64,000 nt of DNA from an uncultured Bacteroidales bacterium (GTDB lineage Bacteria > Bacteroidota > Bacteroidia > Bacteroidales > UBA10428), in NCBI GenBank assembly GCA_964438935.1, contig CAYTNC010000001.1, positions 17,975 through 81,974 of the forward strand, in the 5' to 3' direction. Shown in pieces: positions 18,636-27,300 of the stretch. Below the pieces are notes generated by a model, which was not told where the DNA came from, did not search any database, and worked only from the letters and a program-made list of their open reading frames with translations. The position numbers and the translations under genes were made by a program. Within the stretch, counting starts at the first letter, position 1, and every line of letters starts with the position of its first letter.

Positions 18636-21455
18636 TCAGGCAATCCATTTGATCAGGGTGTTCCTGAGGGATTCTATTTTTACAGGTTTTGTTATGTAAT
18701 CGTTCATCCCTGAAGCAATGGCCCTGGATTTGGTTTTTGAACTGGCTGTTGCAGTCATGGCAATGATGGGCATCTGGTAACCCAAACCCCTCAATTCAAC
18801 AGTAGCCTGAATGCCATCTCGTTCCGGCATTACCAAATCCATAAAAATCAGGTCATAATTTTTGGATTTTGCTTTTTCAATGGCTTCATTCCCGTTTTTT
18901 GCCACATCGATTTTAAAACCAAGATTTGAGAAAATGGTTTGAGCCACCCGAATGTTAATTTCATTGTCTTCTGCTACAAGAATTGCCAGATTGGGCTTTA
19001 TTACCTGCAAAATTTCGGTAGCATTCATTTCCACATTGGGGAATGTATCATAAAGACAATTCATCAAATCAGATTGTTCCAGGGGCTCGGGGAAGTAACA
19101 ATCAACACCGAAGCGTTTGGACTGAACATAATTCTCCGATTTATGATTCGAACTGATCATTAAAATGAGAAAATGATCCGATAACCCGTTTTCCTGAAGT
19201 TTTTTTGCCAGCAGAAAGCCATTCATTTCAGGGTCATCCAGGATTATGAGCATGTGATAGGGGATTTGGTTTTCCCGAAGCTGAACTTCAAATTTATTCA
19301 TGTTTTCAGGGAGGTAATCAAAAATTTCATAATGAAACTTCTGTATCTCGCAAAATCTGATCAGGCGCGAATTACTTTGATGATGACCCGTAATAATCAG
19401 AACATTAACCTGAGAGAAGGAATTGATCTTTTCCAGTTGCAAGGGTTTCAGAATCTTTTCATTGGAATAAACCTCAATAGTAAAGCTGAACCTGGAACCT
19501 GGATAAGCCGTCTTTTTGGTAATCGAAGAAGGACTTTGTACCCAAATTTCTCCATGCATGAGCGTCACAAGTTGTTTTGCAATAGTAGTTCCCAAACCCG
19601 ATCCGCCGTATTTCCTGGATGTAGAATCTTCAGCTTGTGTGAATGAATTGAATATGCTTTCAATTTTGTTTCGGGGAATGCCAACACCGGTATCTTCCAC
19701 GTAGAAAAGCAGGGTCAGGTTGTTGTTATATTCTTCTTCCAATTCTACACCAACTGAAATTTCACCTTCATGAGTAAATTTAACAGCATTGCTGATTAAA
19801 TTGGAAAGCACCTGACGCAGTCTGAAAGGATCACCAATGATATTTTCCGGAACGTCCGGGTTAATTTTTAGCGACAGGGTCAGCTTCTTGTCCTCAATAA
19901 TTGGTTTGAACAAATCAACGGACAATTTTACTTCCTCACGCAGTTTGAAGGGAATTTCTTCAAGCTGCATCTTGCCCGCTTCAATTTTTGAGAAGTCCAG
20001 AATATCATCAATAAGCGTCAGCAATACGTCAGCTGAGCGCTTAACAATATGAACATATTCCTTTTGATTGGGAGTGAGGTGTTCCTGATCCAAAGCTTCA
20101 GTCATTCCGATGATTCCATTCATGGGTGTCCGGATTTCATGGCTCATCTTGGCAAGAAACTCTGATTTGGCCGTGTTGGAAGCAGCCTCGTACTTCCTGG
20201 CCTTTTCAATGGGAGTTACATCAACAAATGCACTCAAAAGAAATTCTTCATTATCGATGATGTAGGGGAGATCCTTTTTAAAAACAGCAACCTCTTCTCC
20301 TTCATGCCTGTATATGACAAATTGGTTTGAATCAAAAGAATTGTCGGTCCCTGAATCATAATAATCTTTGGAGAGCATGAACCTGTCGGTTACATTTTTA
20401 CCCACAAGCGACTCATCCTGTGTCATTAAAAGCATCTCACGGGCCGTCTGATTGATTATTATCACCTGCTGTTCCTGGTTAATCACTATAATACCCACAG
20501 GTAGATTGTCGAAAATTGATTGCAGGTTGGTCAGTTCCGTTTTTGTTTTCTCTTTCAGCGAAAGACTTTTCCCCATTTTACCCAGCAGAATCAAAAGAAA
20601 CAGAAGCATGATCAGGGTACTTAAAATTCCCGATATAATTACTTTATTCAGTATCAGATCGAAAATAAAAGATTTTCTCATTGAAAAAACCACACCAAAA
20701 CGGTCATTCATCATGTTGAGCGAGGAGAATGCCGAATAAACCTTTTCATCCTTATTGTTGTAACTGATGTTGTGTTTAAAAAAACCGGATTGCTCTGTCA
20801 GCGCCTTGTTTTTAAAAAGCAGCGTATCCTTCACCAGGGCGCCGGAAACGAAATTTGAATACAATGTTTTTCCATTGCTGTCTACAACCCACTGCCAGAA
20901 GGTGTCATCATGAAAATACCGGGTAAACAATTCCCCGAAAAACTCCGGAAGGTCAATCGAAAAAACCATGTTGGCGGTCAGCAGGGTTTCCTTAAAAATC
21001 GGAAAGATATACTGATAGCCGTCATCAACCTTTTTGATCAGTACTTTGTCCTGAAGCTCATTTTGCTTTTGGGTAATGTAGGGGTCAACCAGCAGCCTGT
21101 TGCGCTTGTTAAACGACATATTCAGTACGTTCTTATTCACATCATAGATGTAAATATTCTTAATAAGCTTACTGTTATTGGAAAACAGCAATTCAAGATT
21201 TCTGAGTCCTTCCTGATTGCTGTCGTCGCTGGTCAGATTAACATTTAATAGTGCTTTGGAATAGAGGAGCGCGTTTACTTCATTCTCAAATTTAAGCAGG
21301 GCCGATTCAATTTCTCTGACACTTGATTCGGCCTGACCTGAAAGCATACTATGTTGAAATGAAATCTGGTTTCTGAAAATGGTGATGTTAAAATACAGGT
21401 TGAGCAGAATGACAATCAGTGTTATCAATATGAAGTAAAGCGTATATTTCTTCAT
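18636..21455 (-). CDS. hybrid sensor histidine kinase/response regulator
   Basis: N-terminal TM, extracytoplasmic sensor region, second TM (ISGILSTLIMLLFLLILLG), PAS-like segment, HisKA H-box SHEIRTPMNGIIG, HATPase boxes (NLISNAVKFT, DTGVGI, GGSGLG), a degenerate receiver-like module, and a C-terminal receiver (ILVAEDNEIN ... LIFMDLVMPERDG ... ITKP). Confidence 0.85.
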   Translation of the reverse strand: MKKYTLYFILITLIVILLNLYFNITIFRNQISFQHSMLSGQAESSVREIESALLKFENEVNALLYSKALLNVNLTSDDSNQEGLRNLELLFSNNSKLIKNIYIYDVNKNVLNMSFNKRNRLLVDPYITQKQNELQDKVLIKKVDDGYQYIFPIFKETLLTANMVFSIDLPEFFGELFTRYFHDDTFWQWVVDSNGKTLYSNFVSGALVKDTLLFKNKALTEQSGFFKHNISYNNKDEKVYSAFSSLNMMNDRFGVVFSMRKSFIFDLILNKVIISGILSTLIMLLFLLILLGKMGKSLSLKEKTKTELTNLQSIFDNLPVGIIVINQEQQVIIINQTAREMLLMTQDESLVGKNVTDRFMLSKDYYDSGTDNSFDSNQFVIYRHEGEEVAVFKKDLPYIIDNEEFLLSAFVDVTPIEKARKYEAASNTAKSEFLAKMSHEIRTPMNGIIGMTEALDQEHLTPNQKEYVHIVKRSADVLLTLIDDILDFSKIEAGKMQLEEIPFKLREEVKLSVDLFKPIIEDKKLTLSLKINPDVPENIIGDPFRLRQVLSNLISNAVKFTHEGEISVGVELEEEYNNNLTLLFYVEDTGVGIPRNKIESIFNSFTQAEDSTSRKYGGSGLGTTIAKQLVTLMHGEIWVQSPSSITKKTAYPGSRFSFTIEVYSNEKILKPLQLEKINSFSQVNVLIITGHHQSNSRLIRFCEIQKFHYEIFDYLPENMNKFEVQLRENQIPYHMLIILDDPEMNGFLLAKKLQENGLSDHFLILMISSNHKSENYVQSKRFGVDCYFPEPLEQSDLMNCLYDTFPNVEMNATEILQVIKPNLAILVAEDNEINIRVAQTIFSNLGFKIDVAKNGNEAIEKAKSKNYDLIFMDLVMPERDGIQATVELRGLGYQMPIIAMTATASSKTKSRAIASGMNDYITKPVKIESLRNTLIKWIA

Positions 21456-21542
21456 TGTTTACCCGTTGAAGTTAAGGCAATCAAAGTATAAAATATTCTT
21501 AAAGTTACAACAACAAATCCGATAATTCTTTTAACAACCTGC

Positions 21543-22589
21543 TCAGGCGGTCCGGTATTTTTCATCTTTGTCATGGAAAATATTGACATAACTCCGGTAA
21601 CGCGATTCATGGAGGATTCCCTGCCGGCAGGCTTCAATCACAGCGCAGTTGGGCTCATGGATGTGAGTGCAGTTGTAAAACCGGCAATGTTTTGACAATC
21701 TGAAGATGTCGGTGAAATACAAACCTATTTCGTTCCTGTTCAGGTCAGCAAGTCCGAACCCCTTGATACCCGGCGAATCAATGATGTAAGTCTGGTCTTT
21801 AATTTCGATCATTTCGGGATAGGTTGTGGTATGCTTGCCCGAAAGGTGATACCATGAGATATCGTTGGTTTTCAACTGAAGACCCGGACACAGCCGGTTG
21901 ATCAGGCTGCTTTTACCCACTCCCGAATTGCCTGAGATCAGGGTTAGTTTGTTGGTAAGTAATTCATCAACCAAAGCCATATTCATGCCTGTTTCAACTG
22001 AAATGTCAACCACCTTGTATCCGGCATATTCATAAATGTCATGAACTTCCTGCAACCGGGTCAGCAAGGGCCCCTTATATAGATCCAGCTTGTTGATCAG
22101 CAAGATGCAATTAATATGATAGGCTTCGGCGGAAAGCAGAAAACGGTCAATGAATTCGAGCGGCGTTTCCGGGTAATCCAGCGTAAACATAAGCACCGCC
22201 TGATCAATGTTGGCTGCCAATATCTGCACTTCTTTGGACAGATTTATAGCTTTGCGGATGATGTAATTCCTGCGATCATGAATTTTCGTTATTGTACCAT
22301 GCTGCATATCTGTAATTTCGAAATCAACCTGATCTCCTACAGCAATGGGATTTGTGGTTTTCATACCGTGTGTGCGGAACGTGCCTTTGAGCTGGCAATT
22401 AATTAGCTCTTTTCCGGCTTTAATGGTATGCCAGCTTCCGGTTGTTTTTATTACGATACCTTTACCCACCGATTCACTTAATTTTTCTTTTGTATTAGCG
22501 AAAATACTCAAGAGATTTGTAATTTTAAGAAATAATCGGAAGAAGTAAGAAATGAAACCATTGCCAGAAGTAAAATCCAGATAAAACAA
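21543..22589 (-). CDS. rsgA: ribosome small-subunit-dependent GTPase A
   Basis: Circularly permuted GTPase with NKLDL, GNSGVGKSSLIN and DSPG motifs, plus a Zn knuckle CRFYNCTHIHEPNCAV. The true start is probably internal (GTG 22469 or TTG 22511). The only in-frame ATG, at 22589, adds about 40 non-conserved hydrophobic residues ahead of the conserved GIVIKTTGSW N-terminus. Confidence 0.85.
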   Translation of the reverse strand: MFYLDFTSGNGFISYFFRLFLKITNLLSIFANTKEKLSESVGKGIVIKTTGSWHTIKAGKELINCQLKGTFRTHGMKTTNPIAVGDQVDFEITDMQHGTITKIHDRRNYIIRKAINLSKEVQILAANIDQAVLMFTLDYPETPLEFIDRFLLSAEAYHINCILLINKLDLYKGPLLTRLQEVHDIYEYAGYKVVDISVETGMNMALVDELLTNKLTLISGNSGVGKSSLINRLCPGLQLKTNDISWYHLSGKHTTTYPEMIEIKDQTYIIDSPGIKGFGLADLNRNEIGLYFTDIFRLSKHCRFYNCTHIHEPNCAVIEACRQGILHESRYRSYVNIFHDKDEKYRTA

Positions 22590-22607
22590 TCAGTTAACTC
22601 TTATTTT

Positions 22608-22985
22608 ATGAAGACCATCAGGCAGCATTATTTTGTAAACGCAACACCAGAGGAAGTTTTTATTGCCATCACCAATCCGTTTACCATTGAACTATGGAGC
22701 GGTTATCCGGCCCGTATGGAAGCCCGGGAAGGAACAGAATTCTCCATTTTCGACGGGGATATTGCAGGAAAAAATATCAAAATAACAGAAAATAAGCAAC
22801 TTGTTCAGGAATGGTATTTCGGTGATCAGGCCGATGAGTCCATAGTTACCATTAATCTTGAATCGCATAAACTGGGCACCAAGATTCTTCTGGAACACAC
22901 AAATGTTCCTGATGACGAAGCGGAAGAATTCCAAAAAGGATGGAACGAATATTACTGGGGAGCCATCCAGGAATATTTCAAGTAA
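22608..22985 (+). CDS. SRPBCC-superfamily protein (AHSA1/START-like)
   Basis: 125 aa. The pattern PEEVFIAITNP ... LVQEWYF ... GTKILLEHTNVP ... GWNEYYWGAIQEYF is typical of Aha1-like SRPBCC small proteins. Confidence 0.55.
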   Translation: MKTIRQHYFVNATPEEVFIAITNPFTIELWSGYPARMEAREGTEFSIFDGDIAGKNIKITENKQLVQEWYFGDQADESIVTINLESHKLGTKILLEHTNVPDDEAEEFQKGWNEYYWGAIQEYFK

Positions 22986-23032
22986 TAAGTTAACAGAAAT
23001 CTGTATATGTCATTATATAAACATAGTATACA

Positions 23033-24304
23033 TTGAATACATTGTTGAGGCGTGAGGATGTGGATCTGATGGCCCCTGTGGGATCATTTGAATCTCTTAT
23101 GGCTGCTGTTCGTTCCGGAGCTGATTCAGTATACTTTGGCCTGGGCAAATTGAATATGAGGGCTCGTTCTTCGGTAAATTTCACTTCCGGTGACCTGGAA
23201 AAGATCATGCGTATTTGCCGCAATTTCAACAAGAGAGCTTATCTCACCATGAATGTTGTTTTTTACAACGAAGAATTGGAAGAAATGCGCAGGATGGTTG
23301 ACCTGGCCAAAGAATCGGGAGTGAACGCTATTATTGCCTCAGATCAGGCAGTTATTGAATATGCCAGCCAGCGTGGCATGGAAATACATCTTTCCACGCA
23401 GATCAACATCAGCAACGTGGAGTCGTTACGCTTTTATTCCCGTTATGCCGATGTTGCCGTGCTGGCAAGAGAACTCAATCTGAAACAGGTTGCCGAAATA
23501 TCCAATACCATCGAAAAGGAGCAAATCAAAGGACCTTCAGGAAATCTGGTTAAGATTGAAATGTTTTCCCATGGGGCCTTGTGTATGGCCATTTCCGGTA
23601 AATGTTACCTGAGCCTCCACCATCACAAGCACTCTGCCAACAGGGGCGAATGCCTGCAGGATTGCCGCAGATCTTACACAGTAAAGGAAAAAGAGAGTGG
23701 TTTTGAACTTGACATTCAGGATGAATACATCATGTCGCCTAAGGACCTATGTACCATACATTTCATTAATAAAATGCTGGATGCAGGCGTCAGGGTACTG
23801 AAGATTGAGGGAAGGGCAAGGTCTCCCGAATATGTGAAAGTTGTTTGTGAATGCTATGATCAGGCTATCCGCAGCGTGGCTGACGGAACATACACCCAGG
23901 AAAAAATTGAGGATTGGAAACAAAGGTTGTCATCCGTGTTTAACCGGGGGTTCTGGGATGGTTATTACCTGGGTCAGAAACTGGGCGAATGGAGTCATGT
24001 TTATGGCTCAAAAGCTACTCAAAGAAAAGAGTATACAGCCAAGTGTATTAACTATTTTCCACGTATCGGAGTTGCTGATTTTCTTTGTGAATCCGGCTCA
24101 TTACAGGTAGGAGATCAGGTATTGATTGTGGGGCCCACAACAGGTGTGGTGGAGCAGGAAATAAGGGAAATCAGAGTGGATTATAAGCAGGTGAACCGGA
24201 CCATTGCAGGTGAACGGTTCTCAATGCCGGTACCCCGAAAGGTAAGACGCGCCGATAAAATGTACAACCTGATTGAAACGGAATCCAATAAAGGCATTTC
24301 TTGA
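23033..24304 (+). CDS. U32-family protein (collagenase-like peptidase family; Fe-S type)
   Basis: N-terminal (E/D)LMAPVGSFESLMAAVRSGADSVYFG and the EGRARSPEYV motif. It carries an exact CX6CX15CX3C cysteine motif (23582-23665: CMAISGKC-15aa-CLQDC), the pattern known to bind 4Fe-4S in U32 hydroxylases (UbiU/V, RlhA, TrhP). The start is uncertain: TTG 23033 and other nearby near-cognate codons are all upstream of the conserved DLMAPVG. Confidence 0.8.
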   Translation: MNTLLRREDVDLMAPVGSFESLMAAVRSGADSVYFGLGKLNMRARSSVNFTSGDLEKIMRICRNFNKRAYLTMNVVFYNEELEEMRRMVDLAKESGVNAIIASDQAVIEYASQRGMEIHLSTQINISNVESLRFYSRYADVAVLARELNLKQVAEISNTIEKEQIKGPSGNLVKIEMFSHGALCMAISGKCYLSLHHHKHSANRGECLQDCRRSYTVKEKESGFELDIQDEYIMSPKDLCTIHFINKMLDAGVRVLKIEGRARSPEYVKVVCECYDQAIRSVADGTYTQEKIEDWKQRLSSVFNRGFWDGYYLGQKLGEWSHVYGSKATQRKEYTAKCINYFPRIGVADFLCESGSLQVGDQVLIVGPTTGVVEQEIREIRVDYKQVNRTIAGERFSMPVPRKVRRADKMYNLIETESNKGIS

Positions 24305-24344
24305 AGAAATTCATATTACACCACATCACCCTAAAACTGTTGCT

Positions 24345-27300
24345 ATGAAAAATCAGTCGCTTCTTCGTTCATGTTTCCGGCTGCTGCTTGCAGTGCTGCT
24401 GCTAAACCTGTCCGCATGTAATAAGCAAAACAAGTTCCGCGATTCCATCAATCCTGAGTTTACCGAAAAAATTGCAGCCTTTACTTCCGGAGTAATTTCA
24501 TCTGAATCCACGATAAGAATCATATTGACAGAGGACTGTGCTGCTGCCGGGGAGGGCAATACGCCTGCTGATGACGGACTATTCAAATTCAAACCTGCCA
24601 TTAAGGGACAGGCATTTTGGGTCGACAAAAGAACAGTGGAATACAGGCCATCTGAACCGCTTCAGTCAGGCGAAAGCTATACGGCCCGGTTTAACCTGGG
24701 TGACGTAATGAAAGTTAAAAAGGAATTATCCGTTTTTGAATTTAGTTTTACCATAGTACAACAGACATGGACGGTTACAGATGAAGGTTATCAAACACAT
24801 AATGAAAATGATTTGGTTTGGAATCGTATTAAAGGTACAGTTAACACGGCTGATTATATAGATAATGAGAGTATTAAAAAGTATTTTTCGGTAAGCCAGG
24901 AAAACAAAAAGCTGAAATTTGTCTGGGAGACCGGGGAAGACCGAAGAACATTTCATTTCCGCATAGACAGCGTACAAAGAAAAGAAGAGGCCGGTAAAGT
25001 CATTATTGCCTGGGATGCTTCGCCTGATTACAAAGAGATCCAGGGGAAATATGAAGTGGAAATACCTGCTTTGTCTGATTATAAAGTGCTTGATGTTAAG
25101 GTGGTGCAACAACCTGAACAATATATTCAGATCATGCTCAGTGACCCGGTAAAAAAGAACCAGAATTTTGAAGGCCTCATCTTTCTGGATCAGGGAACCT
25201 CCCTTGATTTTTCGGTTGCCGGAAATATTATCAAGGCTTTCCCGGCATCCCGTCAGAATGGTGCATGCAAAATTACCATCAGGGAAGGACTGGTAAATAT
25301 AATGGGCTATAAACTGAAATCTGATTTTACTTTCGATCTGACGTTCGAGGTTCCCAAACCTGCAGTAAGGCTAATCGGCAAAGGAGTCATCCTTCCCTCA
25401 TCCAAAGGCCTGGTTTTTCCGTTTGAGGCTGTGAACCTGAACGCGGTGGATGTTAAAATTATAAAGATATTTGAAAATAACATTGGTCATTTTCTTCAGG
25501 TTAACAGGCTCGACGGAAGTAACGAGTTAAAACGAGCAGGCAGACTCATTCACAAACAAAAGGTTGAGCTGGGTAATGTTCCAGCTGACCTGGGCAGATG
25601 GAACCGGTTTTACCTCGATCTGGCAAAACTCATAGAGCCGGATCCCGGTGCCATATACCGCATTGAAATCTCTTTTAAGAAACGTTATTCGCTTTATCCT
25701 TGCGAGGAACAGGAAGCTGAAGAAGAGGTTGTAGAGGAAGAGAGTGAGGATGACCCGGAATCAGAGACTTCTTACTGGGACTCTTATGAAGAATATTATG
25801 ATGAATATTACTACGATTATGATGGGGATTATAATTGGGAGCAGCGTGACAACCCCTGTTCCAAATCGTATTATACACAAAACCGTTGGGTAGCAAGAAA
25901 TGTTTTGGCCTCTGATTTGGGAATCATTGCCAAAATGGGTTCTGACCAGACTGTGTTTTGTGCAATCACCAGCCTGGTTACCAGTAAGCCAATCAAAGGT
26001 ACTGAAGTTTCATTGTTCAATTATCAGCAACAGTTGATATCATCGGGAACTACTGATGAAAATGGATTTGTTACACTGCCGTGTAAGGAAAAACCTTTTT
26101 TGCTGACAGCCAGGTTCGAAAAGCAGAAAGGCTACCTGAGACTTGATGATGGGTCTTCATTATCGCTCGGTGCGTTTGATGTTTCCGGATCTTCCATACC
26201 AAGGGGATTAAAGGCCTTCATTTACGGGGAACGTGGTGTTTGGAGACCCGGCGACACCTTATTTCTGTCGTGCATTTTAGAAGACAAACAAAAAGTGCTT
26301 CCTCCCATGCACCCCGTATTGTTTGAATTGTACAATCCAAAAGGACAATTATATGCAAAAATTACAAAAACTTCCGGGATTAATGGATTTTACACATGGA
26401 GTATTCCCACTTCTGCGGATGCCTTAACCGGAAACTGGAACCTGAAGGTCAAGGTAGGGGGTACACAATTTAATAAAACCATTAAAATTGAGACTGTTAA
26501 GCCAAACCGACTTAAAATCAACCTTACTTTTGATACCAAAAAACTGTCGTCATCCAAACCTGATACCCGGGGTGAAATGCAGGTTAACTGGCTCCATGGT
26601 GCCATTGCGGCAAACCTGAAAGCACGTGTTGCAGTAAAACTCACAGAAGCCCCGACAACTTTCGCCAAGTACCCGGCTTTTCAGTTTACCGACCCTGCTA
26701 AAAGTTTCAGCATGGAGGAAATTGAATTGTATGAGGGCTATCTTGACGAATCAGGAAAGACTTCGATTCCCGGAAGGTTTTCTGTTGATCAGTCGGCTCC
26801 CGGCATGCTGAATGCCAATTTCACAACCCGCGTTTTTGAAAAGAGCGGTGATTTCAGCATTGACAGGGTATCCATCCCGTATTCACCCTATTCAGCCTAT
26901 GTGGGATTGAAAACTCCTGAAGGAGACAAACGGGGCATGTTGCTCACCGATACCCTGCATTGGGTTGATGTGGTTCTTTTGGATGAAAACGGTAATGCAA
27001 TATCGCGCTCTAACCTGGAGGCTTTTGTTTACAAGTTGCACTGGCGCAACTGGTGGGAGTCGGCCGGAGAAGAGATTGCTGACTATATTGGAAATACGTA
27101 TAACAAACCGTTGGTAACCAAGAAATTGTCTACAGTAAACGGGAAGGGAAAATTCAGTTTCAGAATCAACCGGCCCGAATGGGGAAGGTTTTATGTAAGA
27201 GTAGTGGATCCGGTAAGCGGACATGCTGCCGGCAAAATAATCTATATCGACTGGCCAGGATGGGCCGGAAGACCCATGCGTGATAACCCGGAAGCTGCCA

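Noticed and set aside
24273-24344. The track start of the A2M ORF is 24 codons upstream of the start I chose.
   Set aside because: It would overlap the U32 gene by 32 nt and place 24 polar residues in front of an obvious signal peptide and lipobox. ATG 24345 gives a canonical lipoprotein N-terminus.
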